A stretch of 64,000 bases of DNA from Patescibacteria group bacterium. Its GTDB lineage: Archaea > Nanobdellota > Nanobdellia > Pacearchaeales > GW2011-AR1. Below, in pieces: positions 36,504 to 46,140 of this stretch. The notes below the pieces were generated by a model. It did no database searches, was not told the origin of the DNA, and worked only from the letters and a program-made list of their open reading frames with translations. How positions within the stretch are numbered: the stretch's first letter is position 1; each line of letters starts with the position of its first letter. The stretch is taken from assembly GCA_019428815.1 (NCBI GenBank), contig JAHYJW010000001.1, positions 116,363 to 180,362 on the forward strand. The letters run 5' to 3'. The translations under genes and the position numbers were made by a program.

Positions 36504-37058
36504 ATGGGAATAGAAGAAAAACTCCAAGAAATAGGCATAAAACGAGTATTAGTTGTAGATGATTCTGAAGAAAATTTAGCAGTAGCTAGTAGATATTTTC
36601 ATAAAATTGGAGTAGATATCGATTTAGCTTTTAATAGAGAAAGTGCATTAGAAATGCTTAAGGAATCACAAGTTTCAGAAAAAAGATATGACTTGGTTAT
36701 AAGTGACTTAGAAATGGAAACAAAAGATGCAGGAATGGATGTTGTAAGAAAAGCTCTCGAAACAATTACTTATCCTATCATTTTAACTGGAAGAAATTAT
36801 AACCTTCCAGATTCACATCCCCATGGCCCAAATACTGCTATTATTCCTGCTGAAGAATCTGTAAAGGGAAAAAAGAGTGCAACAGAAACTTGGGAAATTG
36901 CTCTTGAAAAAATAGTTGAATATCTTTCGTCTTCTGAAACTCAAAGAATCTATAATTCTGCAAGAAGATATCAGAAGCATTTGAATGAAGTTCCTAATAT
37001 TTTTGTAGAGACGATGCTTAAATTGTATGAACATCCTTCTACTTTTAGCAAGACTTAA
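36504..37058 (+). CDS. Stand-alone response-regulator receiver domain protein with a C-terminal extension
   Basis: KRVLVVDDSEENL and DLVISDLEM (phospho-acceptor Asp context). Confidence 0.65.
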   Translation: MGIEEKLQEIGIKRVLVVDDSEENLAVASRYFHKIGVDIDLAFNRESALEMLKESQVSEKRYDLVISDLEMETKDAGMDVVRKALETITYPIILTGRNYNLPDSHPHGPNTAIIPAEESVKGKKSATETWEIALEKIVEYLSSSETQRIYNSARRYQKHLNEVPNIFVETMLKLYEHPSTFSKT

Positions 37059-37197
37059 AGTGTATGAACGCCCGTCTACTGAGAAATAACAAAAAATGAG
37101 GGTAGGTAAGAAATTAAAAGAAAATTGATAAAAGTTAATAAAAAATATTTGCTAAAAAATAATAAAAGAGTAAAAAATAGAAAAAAATAGAAAAAAA

Positions 37198-38043
37198 TTA
37201 AGTACTATCAAAAAAACTTATTTTTCCTTCTTGCCAATCTCTTAATATCCTTTTTGATGTTCGGTCTTCATCAACAATATTCCCCTTTTTTAAGTAGTTT
37301 AACTTTCTGCCTAATTTTTCTATAAGAACCTCTGAATTCCCCTTTGCCTCTATTTTATAATGTTTTTCAAAGAGATAAGGGTATTGCTGTGTTAGTCTAA
37401 ATACCACCATCTCTGGATTTTTTATTTTATTCCAAGTTATTGCCCCTATTCTCGGAAGTTTTGACATGCCTTTATCTCCAATCTCTGTTTTTTCATAAGG
37501 TGGGATTACTCCGGGGGTATCAATTAAATAAACTCCTTTTGAAAGTTTTAACTTTTGTATTCCTTTTGTATACCCTGCTTCTGAAGAAGTTTTTGCGGAA
37601 GATTTTCCTATAAGGTAATTTATCAATGAACTTTTTCCAGAATTAGGGTAACCAATAACCCCAATTATTATAGGGCTTTTATCTAATTTTTCTGATTTTA
37701 TTTTTATGATTTCTCTTAAAGTATGGGCCCCTTTTCTTTCTTTAGAAGAGAAAAATAAATACGGTTTTATTTTTTCAAGTTCGATATTCTTTGTTATATC
37801 ATTAGGATTAACAAGGTCTGATTTATTAAGAACATAGATTAGTACCTTACCAAATCTTTTTACTTTGTCTTCTATTTCTAAATTTCTAGATTTTTCAATA
37901 AACCTCACATCAAGAATCTCAAGGACGATATCTGATTCCCAAATAATTTTATCAATTAAAGAAACTACTGGAATTCGATGTTTATTTGTTTTAGGGCTTT
38001 TTCTTTTTGCAGCTTTTTTTGTTCTTCCAAGTCCACGTGTCAT
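37198..38043 (-). CDS. Circularly permuted YlqF/RbgA-type ribosome-biogenesis GTPase
   Basis: The G4 motif NKSDLV precedes G1 GYPNSGKSSLIN and G3 DTPGV. Confidence 0.75.
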   Translation of the reverse strand: MTRGLGRTKKAAKRKSPKTNKHRIPVVSLIDKIIWESDIVLEILDVRFIEKSRNLEIEDKVKRFGKVLIYVLNKSDLVNPNDITKNIELEKIKPYLFFSSKERKGAHTLREIIKIKSEKLDKSPIIIGVIGYPNSGKSSLINYLIGKSSAKTSSEAGYTKGIQKLKLSKGVYLIDTPGVIPPYEKTEIGDKGMSKLPRIGAITWNKIKNPEMVVFRLTQQYPYLFEKHYKIEAKGNSEVLIEKLGRKLNYLKKGNIVDEDRTSKRILRDWQEGKISFFDST

Positions 38044-38136
38044 GTTTTACTAAAGAAATCGTAGTTTAAAAAACAAACTTAATTCAAAAACCAAAAAAAT
38101 CAAATACTTTTTAAAGCCTAATCTCTTTTAATAAAT

Positions 38137-38697
38137 ATGAATTTTCTAAATATTTTAGAATATTTAAAAGTAGGTGGTAGTGGTGATTTTGGGTTTTTAG
38201 AAGTAATTACCCTTCTTTTTGCTTTTTTATATCTATTTGCCTTATTATTCATAGGAATTTATGTTTATCTTTCTTTAGCTTTTACAGCTATTGCAAAGAA
38301 AAATAAATTAGATCATCCTGGGATTGCTTGGATTCCTTCTTTTGGACCTAAGATTATTGCCTTTAAAATATCTAAGATGCACTGGTGGCCTTGGTTACTT
38401 TACGTACCCCTTTTTCTTAGTTGGATATTAATTCTTTTTAATCCTTTATTGGGTTATTTCTTTTACATTCCGGGTTCATTAGCATTGGCAGCTTTTTTTA
38501 TAATTTGGGATTGGAAAATGTTTGAATCAGTTAATAAACCTGGATGGTGGGCTTTAACAGTTCTCTTCCTTCCATTATACTTAGTTTTTGTGGGTATTGC
38601 CGCCTGGAGTGATAAAAAAAAGATTTCTGAGAGTAAATCTAGAAATGAATTAAATTCTAGAAAAAATAAACCTAATTTAAGAAAAAAAGTTAAATAA
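38137..38697 (+). CDS. Multi-pass membrane protein, hypothetical
   Basis: 186 aa, 4-5 hydrophobic helices, basic tail. Confidence 0.45.
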   Translation: MNFLNILEYLKVGGSGDFGFLEVITLLFAFLYLFALLFIGIYVYLSLAFTAIAKKNKLDHPGIAWIPSFGPKIIAFKISKMHWWPWLLYVPLFLSWILILFNPLLGYFFYIPGSLALAAFFIIWDWKMFESVNKPGWWALTVLFLPLYLVFVGIAAWSDKKKISESKSRNELNSRKNKPNLRKKVK

Positions 38698-38698
38698 T

Positions 38699-39049
38699 AT
38701 GGAAAAGAAGATATTCAAATGTGAAGTTTGTGGAAATATTGTTGAACTATTGTATGAGGGAGGTGGCAAATTAGTCTGCTGTGGAAAAGAGATGGTTGAA
38801 CAAGAAACAAAGACTTTAGATACTGGTTTGGAGAAACATGTCCCTGTAATTAAAGGAAATAAAGTCAGTGTTGGAGAATTTATGCATCCTATGGAAGAGA
38901 AACACTATATCCAATGGATAGAGGCTTCAAATAAAGATGAAGTTTCTAAGGTTTTTTTATCACCTAGTAAAAAGCCTGAAGCAGAATTTTCTTTTGATGT
39001 TAAAAACGCAAGAATTTATTGTAATATCCATGGCTTGTGGAAAGCATAG
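38699..39049 (+). CDS. dfx: Desulfoferrodoxin (2Fe superoxide reductase)
   Basis: Desulforedoxin-like CEVCGN...CCGKEM, then KHVPVI, HPMEEKHYIQWIE, CNIHGLW. Confidence 0.85.
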   Translation: MEKKIFKCEVCGNIVELLYEGGGKLVCCGKEMVEQETKTLDTGLEKHVPVIKGNKVSVGEFMHPMEEKHYIQWIEASNKDEVSKVFLSPSKKPEAEFSFDVKNARIYCNIHGLWKA

Positions 39050-39227
39050 GGTCATTTCTTTAGAAGGCCTTTTTATTAACGTTACTAATCTTCTTATTTT
39101 AAGATATCTTTTGACTCGTTTAGTATATGATCGTTTCCCCCCTATTAAGGGACAACAATCTTTATATAGTACAGATTAATGAGATATTTACCGATTTAAA
39201 ATTAATCTTTTTTCAATAAAAAACAAA

Positions 39228-39509
39228 ATGAGTCTAGATAAAAAAATAGATAAAAAAGTAACCGGTGAGAATAATAGGGAAAACTCAGATTTGTGGTCTG
39301 AATGGCGTTTCTCAGTCAATAAGATTAAGGAGTATGTCGCAAACCAAATAAGATCTTGTTTTGGACGCTCTGTTGATACTGAATTTTCTAATCAGAATAA
39401 AAAGACTAGGGATTCAGAGGATTATATTTTAAACGAAAATTATTTAAATGAAGAAAGCCTTAATAATAAGTATAGAGGGTATAATAAATCGATTAGAGGA
39501 AAAAAATAA
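39228..39509 (+). CDS. Hypothetical protein
   Basis: 93-aa hydrophilic ORF that ends 2 nt before the next gene. Confidence 0.3.
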   Translation: MSLDKKIDKKVTGENNRENSDLWSEWRFSVNKIKEYVANQIRSCFGRSVDTEFSNQNKKTRDSEDYILNENYLNEESLNNKYRGYNKSIRGKK

Positions 39510-39511
39510 AA

Positions 39512-40711
39512 ATGAATATTAACAAAGAAAATAAAAAAATTGCTGTTTTCTTAGGAATCTTTATAATTAGTCTATTAATTTTTTCAATGGGTTTAGTGGG
39601 GGCTACAGGTCCATTACCTCCTATTGATATAGAAGAAATTGAAGATTTTTCCCCTATATGGCCTAGAGGTTCAGAATTAACCTTATCCCTTACTGAAGAG
39701 AAGAATATTCTTTTAGAGTGGGATCCTGCCATATCCTTTTGTTCTGAATTAGAGAATCATATAGAATCTTATATCATTTTTCGGAAGGTTACAGGGGGGA
39801 GTACTCCCGTTGATAATCCTTATTTAATTGTTGATGCATTCCAGTATATTACAGAGGTACCTTCAAACGATTTAAGTTATTTAGACTTAATTGGTTCTTT
39901 TGAAAAGGAGAAAACATACACTTACAATATTTATGCTGTTGATTCTTCTGGGCGAATTAGTCCTGTTCTTTCTTCAGAAGTTACCCCTGTTAGCGAAGAA
40001 CCATGGATTTCATGTCCCCCTAGATGGTCCAAAAATGCTGAATTAACCTTATCCCTTACTGAAGAGAAGAGTATTCTTTTAGAGTGGGATCCTGCAATAT
40101 CACATTGTTCTGAATTAGAGCGTTATATCATTTTTCGGGAGGTTATAGAAGGTGAGGTACCTTCTCCTTCTTTAATTGTAGATGGATTTCAATATATTGC
40201 TAGTATTAATAGCTTATTTTTAAGTTATGTAGACTCAAAAGGACCTTTTATAGAAGGTCAAACTTATGTGTATAAGATTTATGTTGTTGATTCTTTTGGT
40301 TTGCGTAGTATCCCTCTTTCTTCGGAAATCATAGTCGAATTTTCAGATACCCCTAGCTCTTCTAGTGGTAAAAAAACTCGTACCCCCCTTTGGGATTGTG
40401 GATACTGGACTGAATGTGGTGAAGACGGAATACAAACAAGAATTTGTATGGACCTTAATGGTTATTATTCTAACACAACTGAAAGTAGAACCTGTGTCTT
40501 TGAGGCTATCTCAGAAGAGAGTAGTTTAGATGAAAACCCCGAACAAACTCCTGTTGATTTTACTAATGAAACAAATGAGGGTAATTTCTTTTCAAGGATT
40601 ACTGGGGCAGTTATTGGTGCTTTAGGACCTGGAGGTGCTACATTTGCATTGTTATTTGTTCTTTTAGTTGTCTTTAGTTTTATTGCTGTTCTTGTTAAAA
40701 AGAAAGAATAA
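39512..40711 (+). CDS. Secreted, C-terminally membrane-anchored protein with two FN3-like repeats
   Basis: Signal peptide. Duplicated ELTLSLTEEK(N/S)ILLEWDPAIS...YIIFR...Y(T/V)Y(N/K)IY(A/V)VDS modules. Cys-rich module. C-terminal TM helix plus KKKE. Confidence 0.6.
   Translation: MNINKENKKIAVFLGIFIISLLIFSMGLVGATGPLPPIDIEEIEDFSPIWPRGSELTLSLTEEKNILLEWDPAISFCSELENHIESYIIFRKVTGGSTPVDNPYLIVDAFQYITEVPSNDLSYLDLIGSFEKEKTYTYNIYAVDSSGRISPVLSSEVTPVSEEPWISCPPRWSKNAELTLSLTEEKSILLEWDPAISHCSELERYIIFREVIEGEVPSPSLIVDGFQYIASINSLFLSYVDSKGPFIEGQTYVYKIYVVDSFGLRSIPLSSEIIVEFSDTPSSSSGKKTRTPLWDCGYWTECGEDGIQTRICMDLNGYYSNTTESRTCVFEAISEESSLDENPEQTPVDFTNETNEGNFFSRITGAVIGALGPGGATFALLFVLLVVFSFIAVLVKKKE
39674..39754 (+). 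repeat. 81-nt segment, copy 1 of an intragenic near-identical duplication (partner at 40040-40120)
   Basis: gaattaaccttatcccttactgaagagaaga(a/g)tattcttttagagtgggatcctgc... About 4 mismatches counted by eye. Confidence 0.8.
40040..40120 (+). repeat. 81-nt segment, copy 2 of the intragenic duplication
   Basis: See the partner copy at 39674-39754. Confidence 0.8.
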
Positions 40712-41020
40712 AGATTAAAGATAAGTGAATATTCAAGTGAATGTTAGACTAATAATTTTTTATCAATCATGTTAATAAATTAGTATAATAAAGGCGTATT
40801 TTTTTCTTGAGTTTTACTCTCCTAATAAGAATAAATTAAAATGATAACAAAGATAACAAAGGGATTCCATATTCATAGTCATAGAACCTTAAGGTTCTAC
40901 TTTCAGAAAAAGATTCAGAGTGAGATATCCTCAGGAATAAACCGTATTTAAAATTTAGAAATAATCCCCCCTTAAAACTATTGGTTTAATACTCTAAGAA
41001 AGATTTCTTTTAAAAGAATT

Positions 41021-41584
41021 TTATCTTTGCCAACTACTTCTTTGTTGTTGCATTTGTGATGTTTGTTGTGGCTGTTGTTGTTGTGTTTGAAACATCTGCT
41101 GTTGTGGTTGAGCTTGTGGATTTTGCTGCATCTGAGGAATTTGTTGTTGTGGCTGTGAGAACCTAGGAATTAGGGGTTGGGGTTGTTGTTGAATAGGTAT
41201 TAAAGGTGCAGGTGGAGGACCAAATTGTTGCCCTGGGATAAATGGCGGATTTATTACATCTTCTAAATCCATTTCAATTCCCCCCACTAATCGAGCGATT
41301 AAGTTGTATACCAAAGCTGAAATAATTCCATTTACAAAATTTATCCCTGCAAATATAAGCGGTAAAATAATCAACCCAAAAAGGATTGCTAAACCTTTTC
41401 CAAAATTTAATAAACCTGCAATATTCATCGTGCTGCTTGAAGAATCTAAGGCTGTTGAAACCCCTGAAGAAAGAAGAAAGAAAAAGATGATATAAATTAT
41501 TCCTAATAATAATCCTACTAAAGCTCCTAATATCGCTTGGAATTTTCCTAAAGAAAGAACACCAATTTTTTTTACTTTCTTCAT
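41021..41584 (-). CDS. Membrane protein with a Gln/Pro-rich C-terminal tail
   Basis: 3 TM helices, then PPPAPLIPIQQQPQPL...QQQMFQTQQQQPQQTSQMQQQ. Confidence 0.5.
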   Translation of the reverse strand: MKKVKKIGVLSLGKFQAILGALVGLLLGIIYIIFFFLLSSGVSTALDSSSSTMNIAGLLNFGKGLAILFGLIILPLIFAGINFVNGIISALVYNLIARLVGGIEMDLEDVINPPFIPGQQFGPPPAPLIPIQQQPQPLIPRFSQPQQQIPQMQQNPQAQPQQQMFQTQQQQPQQTSQMQQQRSSWQR

Positions 41585-41700
41585 CTTATCCTCTTTTATA
41601 TTTAATAGGAAAAATCATTAATAAACCTTTCGAGAGCTTTTTTTTATTTATCAAATTGAGAGGAGGGTATCCTCTTAACTGTTTTCAAGTTCTTTAAAAA

Positions 41701-42738
41701 TTATTTCTTTAAGTGAACATCTAATTGAGGGAAAGGTATTGAAATTCCAGTTCTATTCAAGACATCATAAATCATAGTATTTGCTTTATCAATTGATTCC
41801 CATTTCTTTGAGATTGAATCTACCCAAAAGTAAGCCTTGAAATCTAAGGAAGAATTTGACATTTCAGTAAATCTAATTAATGGTTCTGGATAACTCTCAC
41901 ATTGGGGAATTTTTTTTACCTCATTTAGGACAATTTTTTTTACTTTTTCTATATCTGAACCATAAGCAACACTAAAAGGTATAACTACTCTTGATTTAGG
42001 TTCTGGTAAAGAAACATTTTGAACTTTACCTTCAGCAAGTTTGTTGTTAGGAATTATTAACATCTCGTTATCAAATGTTTTAATTTTTGTACTTCTAAAT
42101 CCTACTTTTTCTATAGTTCCTTTAGTGTCTTTATCTAAATAAACTAAATCTCCTAAACCAACTGTTTTGTCTATTATTATTGATAGTCCAGAAAAGATAT
42201 TACTTAATGTTGGTTGTAATGCTAAACCAACAACAATTCCAATAATTCCTAAACCTGCAAGAATTGGTCCGAGGTTTACATTCCAAGTAGCGAATATATA
42301 AACAACGATAAACACAACTATTAGAATCTTTAACATTGTGTTAATTAAAAGAGCAAAACTTCTATCAAATGTTTTTTTGAATCTTTTTGAATAACTTTCG
42401 AGAGTCTTAAACAAAATTGCATTAAGAATGATATACCCCAAATAACCTAAACAGATAAGTAGAGTACTATAAACTGATTTATTTAATACGGTTCCTAAAA
42501 CACCCTCAAAAATAATTTCCCTAAGTCCGATGTAAATGCTTAATAAAAAAGCAAAAATTGTCAAGGGAAAAGAAAGTTTTTCTAATATAAAAATTCCGAT
42601 TTTAGTCTTTTTTTTCTTTACCAAAATAGAAGCTATTTTTTCAAAACCTAAAATAACTAGTCTAATAAAAACAAAAATTAACATAGCAACTATAACTGCC
42701 CTTAAATATTCATTAGCTATGTATGTATTCAAAACCAT
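41701..42738 (-). CDS. Small-conductance mechanosensitive channel (MscS family)
   Basis: TM3-like GLGIIGIVVGLALQPTLSNIFSGLSIIIDK followed by the beta domain GDLVYLD...GTIEKVGFRSTKIKTFDN. Confidence 0.8.
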   Translation of the reverse strand: MVLNTYIANEYLRAVIVAMLIFVFIRLVILGFEKIASILVKKKKTKIGIFILEKLSFPLTIFAFLLSIYIGLREIIFEGVLGTVLNKSVYSTLLICLGYLGYIILNAILFKTLESYSKRFKKTFDRSFALLINTMLKILIVVFIVVYIFATWNVNLGPILAGLGIIGIVVGLALQPTLSNIFSGLSIIIDKTVGLGDLVYLDKDTKGTIEKVGFRSTKIKTFDNEMLIIPNNKLAEGKVQNVSLPEPKSRVVIPFSVAYGSDIEKVKKIVLNEVKKIPQCESYPEPLIRFTEMSNSSLDFKAYFWVDSISKKWESIDKANTMIYDVLNRTGISIPFPQLDVHLKK

Positions 42739-42791
42739 GATAGTTATAATTAATATTTCTTTAAAAATCTTTCTTGGAGGTCAATATAAAT

Positions 42792-44324
42792 TTATAAAAA
42801 ATCTTTAAAACTAATTTTTTCTAGAAGTAAACTTCTTAAGATATTACTTAATTCAGGAATTTTGATACGTATTTGTTTTTCTGAATCCCTGTCTCTTATT
42901 GTTACATCATTATCTATTAGAGATTTTCCGTCAATTGTTACTGCAAAAGGGGTTCCTGCTGTTGAACTTCTTAAATAACGCCTACCAATACTCCCTGCGG
43001 AATCATAATCTATAATAAATTCGTTCTCTAAAATCTCTTTTACTTTTTCAGAGAGTTTTAAAATTCCTTTATCATTTTTAATCAGTGGAAAAACAGAAAC
43101 CTCTATAGGAGCCATTTTGTAGGGTATTTTAAATGTAGTCTTACCAGAACTCTCTTCTTTTTTTTCGTAGAATATATCAATAAGAGCATAAGTTGGTCTA
43201 TCTGTACCAAACGCAATTTCTAAGATATGGGGTGTGAACTTGGATCCATCTTCTCTTTGGGCAACTAATTCTTTTCCAGAGAATTTTGAATGTTGTTTTA
43301 AATCATAATCTGTTCTATCATGAATCCCACAAACTTCAACCCAACCATAAAAATTAAGTTTTATTTCTATATCCCAAGCGTCTTCAGCGTAAAAAGCCAT
43401 CTCATCTGGATGATGTTGTCTTATACGCATTTTTTTTTCAGGAATTCCAAAATTAATAAATTGGGTATATGCTAACCATAAACACCATGCATAAGCTTGA
43501 CTTTTTAAAATTCCTTTTTTTAACGCGTTGTCAATTTTAATTTTGGGTATTTCCGTGTTATCCAAATTAGACTTCTGACTTTTGTAATCCCAAAGAGGGA
43601 GCATTTGATCTTTTATTGACTCATACTTTTCCCAATTATTCTTTGTTTTAGGATCTATGAAAATTTGACCTTCTCCCTGAGTAAATTCTCTTCCCCTTAA
43701 GACACTTTGTCTTGGAGAAATCTCATTTCTATAGGCTTTACCTATCTGAAAAACTCCAAAAGGTAATTTTTTTCTAAAATAATTATACAATCTTAAATAA
43801 GGTAAATACGTGACAGTTGCTGTTTCTGGTCTCAAAGAAGCTTCTTTTCCTGCAACATTAGTTTTCATCATTAGACTTTGCGTATCAATTGAGGTTTCTA
43901 ATTTACCCTTGCAACTTGGACAAGAAATATTATTCTTAGAGATTAAGTCAAGTAGTTTATCATTTGGAAGCCCTTCTGCAATTATCTTTGTTTTCTCTTC
44001 TATTAATTTATCTACCCTAAAAATAGCATTACACTTTGAACATTTTATTAATTTATTTTTAAAGGCATTAAGATGACCTGAAGCATTCCAAACTTCATCT
44101 GGAAGAATTGTAGGACATTCTAATTCCATAAGTCCATTTGAGGTGAAAATATTTCTGATAGACCTTTCAACTTTATTTTTTAATAATTTTCCTAAAGGTC
44201 CGTATTCATAGAACCCTGATAATCCCCCATAAATTTCAGGACTAGGTCCCCAAACTAATCCAGATTCATTTAGAAAACTAATAAAGTCTTTTTCTTTCTG
44301 ATTATCTTTTTTCATGTAATTCAT
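42792..44324 (-). CDS. glyS: Glycyl-tRNA synthetase, archaeal/eukaryotic dimeric type
   Basis: GLVWGPSPEIYGGLSGFYEYGPLG, FRNEISPR, LRGREFTQGE, anticodon-binding C-terminus. Confidence 0.9.
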   Translation of the reverse strand: MNYMKKDNQKEKDFISFLNESGLVWGPSPEIYGGLSGFYEYGPLGKLLKNKVERSIRNIFTSNGLMELECPTILPDEVWNASGHLNAFKNKLIKCSKCNAIFRVDKLIEEKTKIIAEGLPNDKLLDLISKNNISCPSCKGKLETSIDTQSLMMKTNVAGKEASLRPETATVTYLPYLRLYNYFRKKLPFGVFQIGKAYRNEISPRQSVLRGREFTQGEGQIFIDPKTKNNWEKYESIKDQMLPLWDYKSQKSNLDNTEIPKIKIDNALKKGILKSQAYAWCLWLAYTQFINFGIPEKKMRIRQHHPDEMAFYAEDAWDIEIKLNFYGWVEVCGIHDRTDYDLKQHSKFSGKELVAQREDGSKFTPHILEIAFGTDRPTYALIDIFYEKKEESSGKTTFKIPYKMAPIEVSVFPLIKNDKGILKLSEKVKEILENEFIIDYDSAGSIGRRYLRSSTAGTPFAVTIDGKSLIDNDVTIRDRDSEKQIRIKIPELSNILRSLLLEKISFKDFL

Positions 44325-44417
44325 TATTGCTCTAACTTTAAAAAATTATGTTTATCCTATGAACTAATATTTAAAATACTCAAAACAATTTTTAAAGCTT
44401 AAGATACTAAACCTATA

Positions 44418-44963
44418 ATGAATAATAAGAATCTAATTAAAATCCTTGTTTTATTTGTTATGTTAGTTGGGGTTACTTTTTTTATTTTTAGCATAATCTA
44501 TATGGATTATTTTAGACTTAAAATAGAGGGAAATGTAAAAGATTATGGGGTGATTATGATCTTTTTAGTTGTTTTTATTTTAGAACTTTTTCCCCAATAT
44601 CTGTCTCCACATTTAGTTATGATTAATGGGTGGGTTATTGGATTACCCCTATTAAAGCTTACATTGTTCATTGTTTTAGCGCATATTTTAGCTTCAACAT
44701 TGGGTTTTTATCTAGGTAAAAGATATGGTTTAAGATTAATTAAAAAAATTTATGGCCAAAATGAAATTTTTAAAATAAGTCACAAAATGGATAGATATGG
44801 GAAATGGGTAGTGCTTTTATCTGCTTTTTTACCTATCCCTTACACACCCCTTATTTTTGGCTCGTTAAATCTTAGTTGGAATAAATTTACCTTTTTTGGT
44901 ATTATCCCAAGAGGAGTCAGTTTTATTTTATTAGGCCTTGGATTTTGGTTTTTAACACTATAA
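44418..44963 (+). CDS. Membrane protein, possibly DedA/VTT-domain-like
   Basis: 181 aa, 4-5 TM helices, weak resemblance only. Confidence 0.35.
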   Translation: MNNKNLIKILVLFVMLVGVTFFIFSIIYMDYFRLKIEGNVKDYGVIMIFLVVFILELFPQYLSPHLVMINGWVIGLPLLKLTLFIVLAHILASTLGFYLGKRYGLRLIKKIYGQNEIFKISHKMDRYGKWVVLLSAFLPIPYTPLIFGSLNLSWNKFTFFGIIPRGVSFILLGLGFWFLTL

Positions 44964-45161
44964 CCATTTAACCTAGGATTCCTCTTTTTTTATTTATTAA
45001 TAAGTCCCTTTATCTTTTAAACAATTTAAGAAATAAGGGGTAGGTAAAAAATAAGAATATTGAATATGTTGTAATTACAAAGGGAGTACAAAAGGAAAGA
45101 TTTATAAATCTCTTTTATTTGATTGATTTGATTAATTAAATTCAGAAAAATTCAAATTAAA

Positions 45162-46106
45162 ATGCCAGAAAAATATCAAGATTATCCTAAAACAGTTAAA
45201 GGGGGAGGTGAACTATTTAGGGATAAAGGGGTATCTATTGTTAGAGTAGGAGGAAAGGAGAGGTGGTATAAGTCTTTAAATGGAGAGGAAGAATTTGATG
45301 GAGATTCTCTTTATATAAGAATGAAACCCGAAGATGATCATCTTTTGATAGATGGGTTGGATATTAATGATGTAGGGATATTTCATATTTATGGAAATAC
45401 TTTTAGAAGAATAAGAATTGAAGATGATCCTGGTTTTATGATTGCTTATTCGAAGTCCAGGATGTTAAAAAGTCCTAATGATAAGGAATTTTCTTTAGAC
45501 CTTTTAGTAGGTAATTTACAAAAAAATGAATTTGATAAGAAATTTTTAGTTTATAAAAATTTAAATGATTTAGTCATACAAAAATTGCCCCCTGAAGTTT
45601 ATGTCAACGATCAAGATCAAAAGTTAGCAATAACTCAAAGACTAGTTTACCCTCATTCAATGAGTTTTGATCAAGGACCAAGAAGTGATGCCCTTAGTTG
45701 GGAAATTGACCTTAATCAACTTGGAATTTCCTTAGAAAAAATTGTTAGAAAAGGTTTAGATCCTTCGTATGTTGAAAATTATGTTAGTAGTATCGCACCA
45801 CATTTAGGATGCGATTGCACATATTCTCCTGTTTTTCCAAAAATAAGAAAGGATGTTTGTGTAGTAAGACATTTAGCAGAAAATGGGAGTAGTTATGGTT
45901 ATGATACACTTTACTTAGTTTGGGAAGGTGGTGATAACGAAATTCATACTCAAGAATTTGCTACTACAAGAGATAATCCTAAACAACCTTACCTTCATAT
46001 TGAAGATTTATCAGAAGAAAATGATTGCATAAAGGTTAAAGTGTCTGATTCTGATCAAAGGGAATACAATTATTCTTTTGATGAAAGAGAACTTGGTTTA
46101 GAATAA
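45162..46106 (+). CDS. Hypothetical soluble protein
   Basis: 314-aa ORF with no recognisable motif. Confidence 0.45.
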   Translation: MPEKYQDYPKTVKGGGELFRDKGVSIVRVGGKERWYKSLNGEEEFDGDSLYIRMKPEDDHLLIDGLDINDVGIFHIYGNTFRRIRIEDDPGFMIAYSKSRMLKSPNDKEFSLDLLVGNLQKNEFDKKFLVYKNLNDLVIQKLPPEVYVNDQDQKLAITQRLVYPHSMSFDQGPRSDALSWEIDLNQLGISLEKIVRKGLDPSYVENYVSSIAPHLGCDCTYSPVFPKIRKDVCVVRHLAENGSSYGYDTLYLVWEGGDNEIHTQEFATTRDNPKQPYLHIEDLSEENDCIKVKVSDSDQREYNYSFDERELGLE

Positions 46107-46140
46107 AAATAAACAAAAGTTTAATTTGAGTTGTAAATAC

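Noticed and set aside
38937-39179. 80-aa ORF overlapping the 3' end of the desulfoferrodoxin gene in another frame
   Set aside because: It overlaps a well-supported gene on the same strand and has no recognisable motif.
39493-39732. 79-aa minus-strand ORF overlapping the start of the FN3-like surface protein gene
   Set aside because: It is antisense to the signal-peptide region of a better-supported gene.
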